Assembly (NCBI GenBank): GCA_038061715.1
Contig: JBBTYP010000003.1
Coordinates: 12,034 to 76,033, forward strand
DNA: 64,000 bases
Source: Patescibacteria group bacterium
GTDB lineage: Bacteria; Patescibacteriota; Minisyncoccia; Phycocordibacterales; UBA918
Reading direction: 5' to 3'
Shown: piece after piece, positions 45,542 to 55,234 of the stretch
How positions within the stretch are numbered: position 1 is the stretch's first letter
Layout: every line of letters begins with the position of its first letter
Position numbers and translations under genes: made by a program
Notes under the pieces: model-generated
What the model saw: only the letters and a program-made list of their open reading frames with translations
Told to the model about the DNA's origin: nothing
Databases searched by the model: none

Positions 45542-45805
45542 ATGACTTACATCAACGATGATATTGAAGGAGAGGAAGAGGAAATAGAAGATGACGATAC
45601 CGTCTCTCTTGCCGACGATGTCCTAGATGAAGTTGATGGTGACGACGATGAGCTAGCGGCGGATATGGAAGGATTTGGTCTCCTAGAAGAGGTAGCCGAA
45701 AAGGAAGAAGTGGAGGAAGAGGAAGATTTAGATGGAGACGAGAGTTTGGAGGAGGACGCAGAAGATGTCGACTACGACAGCTTCGATGACATTGACGAAA
45801 TGTAA
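45542..45805 (+). CDS. Extremely acidic 87-aa protein
   Basis: About 46 of 87 residues are D/E; followed by a terminator at 45812-45840. Confidence 0.7.
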   Translation: MTYINDDIEGEEEEIEDDDTVSLADDVLDEVDGDDDELAADMEGFGLLEEVAEKEEVEEEEDLDGDESLEEDAEDVDYDSFDDIDEM

Positions 45806-45841
45806 GACTTTTTAAAAAACTCCCTAAAGGAGTTTTTTAAA

Positions 45842-47080
45842 TCACATCTTTAAAATACACAACTGTTTCTTGCCGCGCCTTAAAATGGCCAAACCATTTT
45901 CAAATTGCAGCGGTTGCAATACAGTTTCTATGTCCATTACTTTAGACCCATCAAGGTTGACTGCTCCGCTTACAATGAACTCTCTAGCCTCTCGCTTACT
46001 AGCAGCTAGGCCAGCTTGAACCAAGACTTCAACCAAGAGGGTATCTTCCTTCACAATTTGAAGGGGCGCGTTATTTAGCACAAGCGCTCGTGCTGTCTCA
46101 TCAAGATTTCCTAATTTGCCTTCCCCAAACAGTACATCTGATGCCGTCTTTACCGCCATAGCCACCGTCGATCCATGAACAATCTCAGTAACAGCAGCCG
46201 CTAGTTTCTTCTGAGCTAAACGCTCGTTAGGGCTTTGCTTGAAAGCAGTTTCAATCTCAGCAATTTGCTCTAAGCTGTAAAGAGTGAAAATTTTCAAGTA
46301 GTCAACCGCATTTTCATCACTGGTATTTAGCCAAAACTGATAAAAAGCAAAGGGAGATGTTTTATGCGCATCGAGCCAGACTGAATTACCCTCACTCTTA
46401 CCCAATTTCCTGCCTGTCGATTTATCTACAATTAGTGGAATCGTGATGGCATGCACGGTCTTTTGTTCTTTCTTTCGAATCAACTCTACTCCAGCAATAA
46501 TGTTGCCCCATTGGTCTGAGCCTCCCACCTGCACATCGCAGCCAAATTTTTTGTTAAGTTCAAGGTAGTCGTAACCTTGTAAAAGCGGATAAGCAAACTC
46601 TGTGTAAGAAATACCATTTTCACTTGAAAGCCGCGTTGCGATTGCCTCCTTTTTGATAAGTTCATTGACTGTGAAATGCTTACCAATGTCGCGCAAGAAG
46701 TCAATTAATTTGAGTTCACCCAACCAGTCGTGGTTATTAACAAAAGTCACCTCTGCCCCAAGCAACCGTTTGGCTTGAGCTTGGAGCTTAATCACTCGCG
46801 CCGCCACCTCCTCTGGTGGTGTTAGAGGGCGCTCGACATCAGGCTTTGGATCACCAATCATGCCAGTACCGCCGCCAATAAGAAGTATGATGGTGTGCCC
46901 TGCCTCCTTAAGATGCCGCAAAAGCATCCAGGCGGCAAAGTTGCCCGCCTGAATTGAATCCGCACTCGGGTCAACGCCATGATAAATTACCCTTTTCTCC
47001 CCATCGAGAATTTCCCCTAGGTTTTCAGCAGAAATTTGATGGATAAATCCCCTATTTTTAAGCTCATCTGATAACTTCAT
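45842..47080 (-). CDS. tyrS: Tyrosine-tRNA ligase
   Basis: GVDPSA, YPLLQGYD, GGSDQWGNI, KLGKS, C-terminal S4 domain. Confidence 0.96.
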   Translation of the reverse strand: MKLSDELKNRGFIHQISAENLGEILDGEKRVIYHGVDPSADSIQAGNFAAWMLLRHLKEAGHTIILLIGGGTGMIGDPKPDVERPLTPPEEVAARVIKLQAQAKRLLGAEVTFVNNHDWLGELKLIDFLRDIGKHFTVNELIKKEAIATRLSSENGISYTEFAYPLLQGYDYLELNKKFGCDVQVGGSDQWGNIIAGVELIRKKEQKTVHAITIPLIVDKSTGRKLGKSEGNSVWLDAHKTSPFAFYQFWLNTSDENAVDYLKIFTLYSLEQIAEIETAFKQSPNERLAQKKLAAAVTEIVHGSTVAMAVKTASDVLFGEGKLGNLDETARALVLNNAPLQIVKEDTLLVEVLVQAGLAASKREAREFIVSGAVNLDGSKVMDIETVLQPLQFENGLAILRRGKKQLCILKM

Positions 47081-47153
47081 AATGAAATAACTTTAGCACA
47101 TATTCGTATTAAATCGTCTAGACAAGCCATGCTACTATTGGCTATATACTGGT

Positions 47154-49394
47154 ATGAAAAAACGATTATCACTGAAGCGAAATCCGCGCGAAATTTTAGT
47201 TGATGTCCTTATTTTTGGATTTGCTGGCTTAATATTGCTCATGGCAGCCGTACTAACCTGGCTCTCAACCCTAGAAATACCAGATCTATCCTCATTTGAA
47301 GAAAGGCGTGTTCAACAATCGACCAAAATTTACGATAAGACTGGAGAAATAATGCTTTACGACCTCCACCAAGATGTCCGCCGAACTGTTGTTCCTTTCG
47401 ATCAAATTTCCCATCACGTGAAAAATGCGACAGTAGCGATCGAAGACGAGCAGTTTTATGACCACTTTGGAGTTGATGTAAAGGCAATCATCAGAGCGGC
47501 TATTTCAAATGTACAGGAGGGGGGCCTTGGTCAGGGTGGTTCTACTATTACTCAACAAGTAATTAAAAACTCTGTGCTTCAGCGTGAAAAAACCTTTACA
47601 CGAAAAGCCAAAGAGGCCATTCTTGCACTCAAGCTAGAACAACTAAAAACCAAGGACGAAATTTTAGAAATCTATCTCAACGAGTCGCCATATGGTGGGA
47701 CCATCTACGGAGTTGAGGAAGCTTCGCAAGCGTTCTTCCGTACCGCAGCGAAAGACCTAACTATTGGCGAGGCTGCCTACCTGGCTGCCATTCCCCAGGC
47801 TCCCACCTACCTATCACCGTACGGCAACAATCGCGCCGACTTGGATGCACGCCAAAAACTTGTGCTTGATAAAATGCGCAACAACGGCTATCTCACAGTG
47901 GAAGAATACGAAGCAGCCAAAAATGAAGTGGTGGAGTTTGAACCCCAAATTGTTAGTGGTATCAAAGCCCCTCACTTTGTGATGTATGTCCGTGAACTGT
48001 TGGCCGAGAAATACGGTGAGGAAGCGTTAGCGGAACGTGGTTTTAAAGTTATATCTACCCTAGACTATGAACTTCAAGCGGAGGCCGAAAGAATCGTGTC
48101 TGAAAAAGTGGCCATTAACACAGAAAAATTCAACGCTTCGAACGCTGGCTTGGTGGCCACGGACCCAAAAACCGGAGATCTTTTGGTGATGGTTGGTTCG
48201 CGAGACTACTTCAGTACCGAAGTTGAGGGTAATTTCAATATCGCTTTAGCCAACCGCCAGCCTGGTTCTTCAATCAAACCTTTTGTCTATGCTGCTGCTT
48301 GGCGCGACGGTTACCTCCCCACGACTATTCTTTATGACGTACAAACTCAATTCTCAACTAGTTGTGAGCCGAATGACTTTAGTAACGAGTCACCCTGCTA
48401 CGCCCCCAACAACCACAACAACAAATTCCTAGGGCCAGTTAGTATGCGTAATGCTCTAGCCCAATCACTAAACATTCCAGCGGTAAAAACACTTTACTTA
48501 GTTGGGATTCGTGACGCCTTAAAATTGGCGGCTGACATGGGGCTCACCACCCTTAGCAACCCCGACCGCTACGGACTAACCCTGGTGCTTGGTGGTGGTG
48601 AAGTGAAGCTACTTGATATGACTAATGCCTACGGTGTATTTGCCAATAAGGGTGTCCGCGCCGAACCAAGGGCCATCCTACGGATTGAAGACAGTCAAGG
48701 CAACGTCGTCGAAGAAACCCCAGTTAAAGAGGAGCGTATTCTTGACGAGAATACAGCCAATATGATCAGTGACGTTCTTTCCGACAACGTAGCTCGTACA
48801 CCGCTCTGGGGAGCCAACAACCAGCTCTACTTCCCTGACCGCGATGTAGCTGGTAAGTCTGGTAGTACCAACAACTTCAGAGATGCTTGGATTATGGGCT
48901 ACGCACCAAACATCGCTGTGGGTGCTTGGTGTGGCAACAATGACAACTCTACAATGAAAGGGCTCTCTGGTCTCATTACCACCCCGATGTGGCGTGAATT
49001 TATGGATTTGGCCTTGTCTAAGCTTCCCGAGGAGTCATTTACCCAACCTTACATTCCAACCGACGTAAAACCGGTATTGGCTGGAGCCTACACCGATGCC
49101 TACACTTTGGAATTAGCCCTCGCTTCCTCCAGCGATCCCGCCACTGAATTCAACAATGCTTATAACGGAATTCATAGTATTCTCCATTATGTAAACAAAA
49201 ATGACCCGCGTGGGCCCTATCCAGAAAATCCTGGTTCTGATGAACAATACCGTTTCTGGGAATATGGCGTTCAATTATGGAAACAGAGTACCCTTGGTAT
49301 CTACGCCTCCAGTTCCCTTATTACCAGCTCGTCTACTGACGAGGATGAGAACGACGAAAATCCAAAACCCCGTAATCGTCGCACTAGAAACTAA
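47154..49394 (+). CDS. Class A penicillin-binding protein (transglycosylase/transpeptidase)
   Basis: EDEQFYDH, GGSTITQQ, RKAKE, SSIK, SLN, KSG. Confidence 0.93.
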   Translation: MKKRLSLKRNPREILVDVLIFGFAGLILLMAAVLTWLSTLEIPDLSSFEERRVQQSTKIYDKTGEIMLYDLHQDVRRTVVPFDQISHHVKNATVAIEDEQFYDHFGVDVKAIIRAAISNVQEGGLGQGGSTITQQVIKNSVLQREKTFTRKAKEAILALKLEQLKTKDEILEIYLNESPYGGTIYGVEEASQAFFRTAAKDLTIGEAAYLAAIPQAPTYLSPYGNNRADLDARQKLVLDKMRNNGYLTVEEYEAAKNEVVEFEPQIVSGIKAPHFVMYVRELLAEKYGEEALAERGFKVISTLDYELQAEAERIVSEKVAINTEKFNASNAGLVATDPKTGDLLVMVGSRDYFSTEVEGNFNIALANRQPGSSIKPFVYAAAWRDGYLPTTILYDVQTQFSTSCEPNDFSNESPCYAPNNHNNKFLGPVSMRNALAQSLNIPAVKTLYLVGIRDALKLAADMGLTTLSNPDRYGLTLVLGGGEVKLLDMTNAYGVFANKGVRAEPRAILRIEDSQGNVVEETPVKEERILDENTANMISDVLSDNVARTPLWGANNQLYFPDRDVAGKSGSTNNFRDAWIMGYAPNIAVGAWCGNNDNSTMKGLSGLITTPMWREFMDLALSKLPEESFTQPYIPTDVKPVLAGAYTDAYTLELALASSSDPATEFNNAYNGIHSILHYVNKNDPRGPYPENPGSDEQYRFWEYGVQLWKQSTLGIYASSSLITSSSTDEDENDENPKPRNRRTRN

Positions 49395-49397
49395 CCG

Positions 49398-49694
49398 TTA
49401 GATAAATTCCACCGGGTGATTTTTTTCACCCAACCGCTCCTTGAGCGCCGCAATGATGATTGTTTTATTTTTAATGATTTCAGTTCGCAAAAGACTGGAG
49501 GTTTTTATATAAACTGTCTTTGAGGAGACGTTATATGTGAACTGCGAAGAAATTACTCCCACTCCTACCACCTTACCAACCACCTCAACCACCTCATTTA
49601 TTACAGATTGTTGGGGTGGTTTTATTAGTTTCTTATAGCGCAGTAGAAGATTGCCTAGTTGTTGATTGTTGTGTGTTGGATCTTTTTTCTTCAT
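49398..49694 (-). CDS. Small basic protein, DciA/DUF721-like
   Basis: Downstream of dnaN; VYIKTSSLLRTEI...II..L pattern; start at M6. Confidence 0.5.
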   Translation of the reverse strand: MKKKDPTHNNQQLGNLLLRYKKLIKPPQQSVINEVVEVVGKVVGVGVISSQFTYNVSSKTVYIKTSSLLRTEIIKNKTIIIAALKERLGEKNHPVEFI

Positions 49695-49697
49695 ACA

Positions 49698-49816
49698 AGA
49701 CTTGTGCAAATGGCACCCTTCTTCGTTGTCCGGCGCAAAATACTCCTCAATGTACCAATGTACACCTCGTCGTATTTTGCTTGTACGCCTCGAATTGCAC
49801 TCATTTGTACAAGTCT
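49698..49816. repeat. ~120-bp palindromic MITE/RPE-like element, copy 2
   Basis: AGACTTGTGCAAATG...CATTTGTACAAGTCT with central TGTAC-caat-GTACA. Confidence 0.75.
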
Positions 49817-49824
49817 CGTCATAC

Positions 49825-50919
49825 CTATTTATTCATCGGCATCACCAGATAGCGGAGTGATTTGTCAGACAAACCCTCAAGCACCAACGCTCTCCCTATC
49901 CCAGCAAAATGTAGCAAGATCGAATCATCTTCTATGTGTTGGAGAGGATCCATAACATATTGTTGGTTGAAATTAAGTGCTAGCTCGTCACCATCAACTT
50001 CAGCCTTGATGGTGTCGGTAGTGTGTCCGATTTCATTGTTGTTTGAGGCGATTGTGAGGTTAGTATCAGTGATTGTTAGGGTTACTTGTCTGAATTTGTT
50101 TAAGAATATGTTAGTCCTCTTAAACGAGCGAATGAGGTCTTCTTTTAGAACTGTCACATGAGAGACATATTCTTTAGGTATAATCTGCGCGTAGTCTGGG
50201 AAATTTCCTGTCACCAAACGGGATGACATATAGAGCCCGTTCTCAAATTTAAGAGCACAGTGGTTTTCTGTCACAATTAGTTTAGCTTTGCCTCCAACCG
50301 CATCACTTACGCGCGCCAACTCAACAGCATTCTTACTTGGAATCATAAAAGACTGATCAAGGGTGAAACTTTTTTGGGCTACTGTTTTTTCCATCAAACG
50401 AAACGAGTCGGTAGCGACAAAGGTGATGGTGTGCTCCTTTTTTTGTTGTACAAAAACACTCCCTAGTTCTGGTTTAATTGAAGTTACTGACGCAGCAAAA
50501 GCGACACTTTTAATACCGTAGGAGAATGTTTCTGGGTTGATTGAAATTTCCTCACCTTGAATTTGATGAAGAGTAGGAAAATCATCAACTGGAAAAAGTT
50601 TTATAGAAGTGTTTGATGTACTGGTTTCAATTAAAAGTACTTGATCTTCGGTTCTAAGAGTTATTTCTTTTTGTGATAGAAATTGAATGCTTTGTAAGAG
50701 GGTTTGAGCTGGCACTGCCACTACTCCTGGTTCAACCACTACACCTGTTAGTGGTGTCATTACACTTATCTCCAAGTTGGTGGCCTGTAGGGTAATGCCT
50801 GTATCGTTAGCTTCGATACGAACGCATTGAAGTACTGGCAAGGTGGCGCTTTTTGTACTTGTTTTACTAACAAGTTCTAGTGTTTGAAGTAAGCTGTTGT
50901 GTGGAATTAATATTTCCAT
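49825..50919 (-). CDS. dnaN: DNA polymerase III beta sliding clamp
   Basis: ATNLE, ATDSFRL, FPDY, FN..Y, YLVMPM. Confidence 0.96.
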   Translation of the reverse strand: MEILIPHNSLLQTLELVSKTSTKSATLPVLQCVRIEANDTGITLQATNLEISVMTPLTGVVVEPGVVAVPAQTLLQSIQFLSQKEITLRTEDQVLLIETSTSNTSIKLFPVDDFPTLHQIQGEEISINPETFSYGIKSVAFAASVTSIKPELGSVFVQQKKEHTITFVATDSFRLMEKTVAQKSFTLDQSFMIPSKNAVELARVSDAVGGKAKLIVTENHCALKFENGLYMSSRLVTGNFPDYAQIIPKEYVSHVTVLKEDLIRSFKRTNIFLNKFRQVTLTITDTNLTIASNNNEIGHTTDTIKAEVDGDELALNFNQQYVMDPLQHIEDDSILLHFAGIGRALVLEGLSDKSLRYLVMPMNK

Positions 50920-51210
50920 ATTTTTTATTTATACACTATTTTAGTCTTTATTATTAGGGGTGTGGAAGTGTGCAAAAGACAATTCTATGCTCTATTTTTA
51001 CTACTATTTTATTAACAATTAATTCTTAAACATAGGGACGACACACTTATATTGTGGGCATAAGTTGTGTTTAGTATACAAGTTGAAATTTTGGGTGGGT
51101 ATAAGTCGAATTTAAATCCCCAGTTTAATGCCCTTACCACCAATTATTTACAGGTTTATTTATACCTGATACACAACCTATACATAAGTTTTCCTCTCGG
51201 TTTGAAAGAA
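50920..51210. other. Probable oriC (dnaA-dnaN spacer)
   Basis: AT-rich tract plus degenerate DnaA boxes at 51096-51104, 51144-51152 and 51167-51175. Confidence 0.7.
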
Positions 51211-51236
51211 ATAAAAAATGCCCAACTGGGCATTTT

Positions 51237-52622
51237 TTATTTCAACAACATTCTTACTTGGGTAATCTCTTCTTCAATCTCTCCTCCTCTTTTAATCTCC
51301 CCTTTAATTTTCTCACAAGAGTGGATAACAGTGGTGTGGTCTCGTCCACCCAGCTTCTTACCAATAGCGGGGTAAGAAATTTGGAAATCCTCTCGCAAAA
51401 TATACATAATTATTTGGCGTGGCTTCACCACCTCTTTACGACGTGTCTTTTCGTAGATACTAGTTGGTTCTATATCGTAGTAACGAGCAATTTTATCAAC
51501 CACATCAGTAATAGCCAATGTTTTGCGTGGCCTAGAGCTGTTTTTGATAATTAAACGCACTTCCTCAACAGTAAGGGTCTTACCCAAAAGTTGTGATTGG
51601 CACATGATGGTGTTGAGAGCCCCCTCCAATTCACGCACATTACCCTCAATACTTTGGGCGAGATAATCAACCACATCATCGTAAAGTACGATACTATTTT
51701 GAGCTGCCTTCGCTCTCAAAATAGCAGCCCGGGACTCCAGGTCTGGCGCGGGTAGGTCAACAATCATTCCTTGCCCAAAGCGAGACTGTAAACGTTCCTC
51801 TAAACCAGAGAGAAGGGCGGGATGAATATCGCTTGAGAAGACAATTTGTTTGTTGTTGTCATGGAGGGCATTGAAAAGGTGGAATAGTTCCTCCTGAGTC
51901 TTTTCTTTTGAAGCTAAAAATTGAACGTCGTCCATCACAAGAACGTCATACTGACGGTATTTATCTTTAAAACTATTAGCAGTGCCGTTTTGGAGTGAGT
52001 TAAAATAATCTACAGCAAAACGTTCACTAGTGACATAAAAAACTTTTTTACCAGTTTTTTTAATCTGATTGCCTACCGCCTGTATGAGGTGGGTTTTACC
52101 ATGGCCAGTTTTTCCATAGATAAAGAGAGGGTTGTAGGTAATGCCGGGCTTTTCACTAACCGTTCTCGCCGCCGCGTGTGCCAGTGCGTTGTAAGGACCA
52201 ACCACAAAGTTCTCAAAAGAATATTTAGGGTTAAGATTGTCGCTTTTGTTGACGTAGTAATCCTCAAGTGGAAGAGCGGCGTTGATGGTTTGGTTTTTGT
52301 TGGCCTCTTGCTTCTTTTCATTTCGTTGCACTACAACATACTCGATGCTGCGGATGTGTGGGGTGAGGTCACGCAAGGTCTTCAAGATCATGGTTTGAAA
52401 TTTATCCTGAAGCCAATCTTTTACAAATACACTGGGGACTCCAATGGTAGAAGTTCCGTCTTCGATTGAGACAATATGAGTGTCGCGAAACCAAGTTTTA
52501 AAGTTAGCAGCGGTTATAGATAATTCAATTTTGACGAGAGCGTCATCCCAGAGCTGTTTTACATCAATTTGTTTGGTTTGTAAGATGCGGTTTTGAGTAG
52601 TTTGGTGTGAAGCGATATTCAT
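51237..52622 (-). CDS. dnaA: Chromosomal replication initiator DnaA (start 52622 or 52640)
   Basis: YNPLFIYG..GHGKTHL, DDVQF, QEELFHLFN, NVRELEG, GGRDHTTV. Confidence 0.97.
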   Translation of the reverse strand: MNIASHQTTQNRILQTKQIDVKQLWDDALVKIELSITAANFKTWFRDTHIVSIEDGTSTIGVPSVFVKDWLQDKFQTMILKTLRDLTPHIRSIEYVVVQRNEKKQEANKNQTINAALPLEDYYVNKSDNLNPKYSFENFVVGPYNALAHAAARTVSEKPGITYNPLFIYGKTGHGKTHLIQAVGNQIKKTGKKVFYVTSERFAVDYFNSLQNGTANSFKDKYRQYDVLVMDDVQFLASKEKTQEELFHLFNALHDNNKQIVFSSDIHPALLSGLEERLQSRFGQGMIVDLPAPDLESRAAILRAKAAQNSIVLYDDVVDYLAQSIEGNVRELEGALNTIMCQSQLLGKTLTVEEVRLIIKNSSRPRKTLAITDVVDKIARYYDIEPTSIYEKTRRKEVVKPRQIIMYILREDFQISYPAIGKKLGGRDHTTVIHSCEKIKGEIKRGGEIEEEITQVRMLLK

Positions 52623-52659
52623 AAGATGTACGGAATGCATGACGTAACAAGCATTATAC

Positions 52660-52780
52660 CTGGGTGTGGAAAAGTGTAAATAAGTTCGGAAAATCAGGGG
52701 AATTTTCAGTACCAAATTTTGATTCAAAAAACGCAACTGTGCACAAGCTGTGTATAAGAGTGCGTAACTTTTGCACCACT
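52660..52780. promoter_or_regulatory. DnaA-box cluster upstream of dnaA
   Basis: TGTGGAAAA 52665-52673, TGTGCACAA 52738-52746, perfect TGTGTATAA 52749-52757. Confidence 0.7.
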
Positions 52781-52875
52781 CCAAGGGTGAGTTTGGTGGG
52801 AGGGGCTACCCAGCCGGGCCCCTTAAGCCAGACACTATTGAAATATTTTTGAGTTCATGTATAGTAGTGCCACTT

Positions 52876-53025
52876 ATGTCAAAACGAACGTACCAACCAA
52901 GTAAGCGCAAGCGAGCCACTACTCACGGGTTTTTGGTTCGTACCGCTACTACTTCGGGCAAGAAAATCATCCAAGCCCGCCGCCGCAAAGGTCGAGCACA
53001 ACTGACTGTAAAAAAAGCTCGCTAG
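52876..53025 (+). CDS. rpmH: 50S ribosomal protein L34
   Basis: [17 protein letters not shown]...RRRKGR. Confidence 0.96.
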   Translation: MSKRTYQPSKRKRATTHGFLVRTATTSGKKIIQARRRKGRAQLTVKKAR

Positions 53026-53052
53026 AGCTTTTTTTGTTATTATTACCCTACT

Positions 53053-53382
53053 ATGTTAAAGCGAGCAGAGAGACTTAGTCGAGAACAGTTTGCGTACTAT
53101 GGCAAAGCGGGGAAGAAGCTGCACGGCGAACATGCCTCAATCAACCGCAGTCATTCCCCCACCTTTCATGCCTCCGTGGTAGTGAGTAAAAAAGTAGCCA
53201 AGTCGGCGGTGGTTCGCAACACTTTGCGCCGCTTGGTGTACGCCCAACTCTATGCCCTAAAGGTTACTGGAGAAACTGGAGTGTTTATCATATTCTTAAA
53301 ACCGGGAGCGGCGGCTATTTCCAAAGCAGCACTTCGTGTTGCAGTAGCAGAACTGATTGAACGAACGCTAAAAGCTGCGTAG
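53053..53382 (+). CDS. rnpA: Ribonuclease P protein component
   Basis: VVSKKVAKSAVVRNTLRR; synteny. Confidence 0.93.
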   Translation: MLKRAERLSREQFAYYGKAGKKLHGEHASINRSHSPTFHASVVVSKKVAKSAVVRNTLRRLVYAQLYALKVTGETGVFIIFLKPGAAAISKAALRVAVAELIERTLKAA

Positions 53383-53404
53383 AATAGGCCCATCATTTAT
53401 ATTT

Positions 53405-54133
53405 ATGTTTTCTTACATCTGGCACACCATTTTCTTTGATCCAATTTACAACGCCCTTATCTTTTTTGTCGACACCGTCAGGGGAGGCGATGTGGGATTA
53501 GCGATTATTGCGACGGTGGTGGTGGTGAAATTGCTATTACTACCACTTTCTATCAAAGCCGCCAAAACGCAAAAAATCATGCGTGATATTGAGCCGAAGT
53601 TACGGGAGATTAAAGAAAAGCATAAAGACGATCGTCAAGCCCAAGCCCAAGCGATGCTGACAGTTTATAAAGATTACAAACTCAATCCGTTTGCCAGCAT
53701 TTTCCTTATTTTTTTACAGATTCCGATCGTCTTCGCCCTCTACTTCGCTGTCTATAAAGGCGGCGGTATTCCTCTCCCTGAGGTCAACACGGCTTTGCTT
53801 TATAGTTTTGTGGCTGTGCCAGTGCAGGTTTCTACCATGTTCCTCGGTATTGTTGATGTAACCGGCCGGAGTATTCTCTTGGCGCTGGGAGCCGGTGTGA
53901 CACAGTACATCTATACCAATATGACCTTACCCAAATTAGCGGCGCGTGACCCAGAAGCGACACCAAGTTTCAAAGATGACTTCGCGCGCAACATGCATAT
54001 CCAAATGAAGTACGTCATGCCGGTATTAATTGTCTTCATCGCCTACACAATCTCCGCCGCTATCGCCCTTTACTTCTTCGTTAGCAACCTAATCATGGTC
54101 GCCCAAGAGTTTTACGTTCGTAAGCATCGTTAG
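53405..54133 (+). CDS. yidC: Membrane protein insertase YidC/Oxa1 family
   Basis: GLAII...LLPL, QIPI..ALY, ALYFFVSN...QE; synteny. Confidence 0.93.
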   Translation: MFSYIWHTIFFDPIYNALIFFVDTVRGGDVGLAIIATVVVVKLLLLPLSIKAAKTQKIMRDIEPKLREIKEKHKDDRQAQAQAMLTVYKDYKLNPFASIFLIFLQIPIVFALYFAVYKGGGIPLPEVNTALLYSFVAVPVQVSTMFLGIVDVTGRSILLALGAGVTQYIYTNMTLPKLAARDPEATPSFKDDFARNMHIQMKYVMPVLIVFIAYTISAAIALYFFVSNLIMVAQEFYVRKHR

Positions 54134-55231
54134 TTATTTGAAGAATAAACAAGTATTATCCGTTCCATTCTCATCATAGAAAGTGCCACCGGCGTACCTT
54201 TCACACAGTTCTTCTTCTTGTGAAAGGCCAAGCTTGCTGAAGGTGTCGTATTTTCTACTAGGGTCTGCGGCCTTATAAGCCTCGAAGGCATCCGTAAGTT
54301 CTGAGACTGGTTTCTTTGTGTCGGGTAGTTGGCAGGTTACAGCATTGGTATTGGATCCAGTGTAATTACCGTATTTAGATGAGCACTCAGATTTTATACT
54401 ACCTAGTAAATTAGTCATACATATACTATGTTGACCTTTCTGGCTTTCAGCGGGTAAATCTTTAACATTATTATCACACGCGCCTGCTACATTTGTCGTA
54501 ATAGTTGCCCCTGATTGCCCCACATATAGAGCACCAACTGGTTGGGTGGTATTAATTATTTTTTTATTTGCTATTGAATTGGCAAGTGAGGCGGCCTCAG
54601 CGGCTCCTTCTGAAAGAAAGCCACAACCAGCAATTAGATTATTTCTTTGACCAAACTGTATGGATCCTTTGGCGGCATTACATTTTCTAACAAAGTCACC
54701 CAGCGCAGCAGACGGGTCATCACATATGGTCGCATCGAGAATCACTGTTGAGCCTCCTCCAGTTTTTGTTTCGGATCTTTTTCCGCAACCTGTCTGAAGC
54801 TCGTTAATGTTTTTTTGGACAGCCACAGCCAATATCGGTGCCTGTAAGTCCGGACGTTTCCGTAGTTCGTCAAATTTTATTTCTTTATTAATTAGTTCAG
54901 GATTAATTAGTTCTAGGATTATTACCGCACTGAGAATGAGGAGAAGGCCGAGGACGGCGCCTTGGATGTCTTTGATGGCCTCGCTCTTGTTGCTGATTAT
55001 ATCGCTCAACATGTACTTAGTTCCAGCGATGATAATTTTGATGACCGCTAAGAGGGCGGCGACGGCAATGGACATACCGTAAAGGAAGTTGATGTAGCCT
55101 TCAAATGTTTGAACGTCATTTCCCGCCCCAGCGTTACTGAGGTCAACTAGCGGCGAATACACCTTGCCTTGCGCAAAGACAAATATCGGTAGTGACAGAA
55201 AAGTGATGAGGGGGAGTAAGAGTAATTTCAT
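54134..55231 (-). CDS. VirB2/TrbC-like pilin domain with Cys-rich C-terminal extension
   Basis: Signal peptide, IIIAG.KY...AIKDI..AVLGL...IL..INP pilin pattern, multiple Cys. Confidence 0.65.
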   Translation of the reverse strand: MKLLLLPLITFLSLPIFVFAQGKVYSPLVDLSNAGAGNDVQTFEGYINFLYGMSIAVAALLAVIKIIIAGTKYMLSDIISNKSEAIKDIQGAVLGLLLILSAVIILELINPELINKEIKFDELRKRPDLQAPILAVAVQKNINELQTGCGKRSETKTGGGSTVILDATICDDPSAALGDFVRKCNAAKGSIQFGQRNNLIAGCGFLSEGAAEAASLANSIANKKIINTTQPVGALYVGQSGATITTNVAGACDNNVKDLPAESQKGQHSICMTNLLGSIKSECSSKYGNYTGSNTNAVTCQLPDTKKPVSELTDAFEAYKAADPSRKYDTFSKLGLSQEEELCERYAGGTFYDENGTDNTCLFFK

Positions 55232-55234
55232 AGG

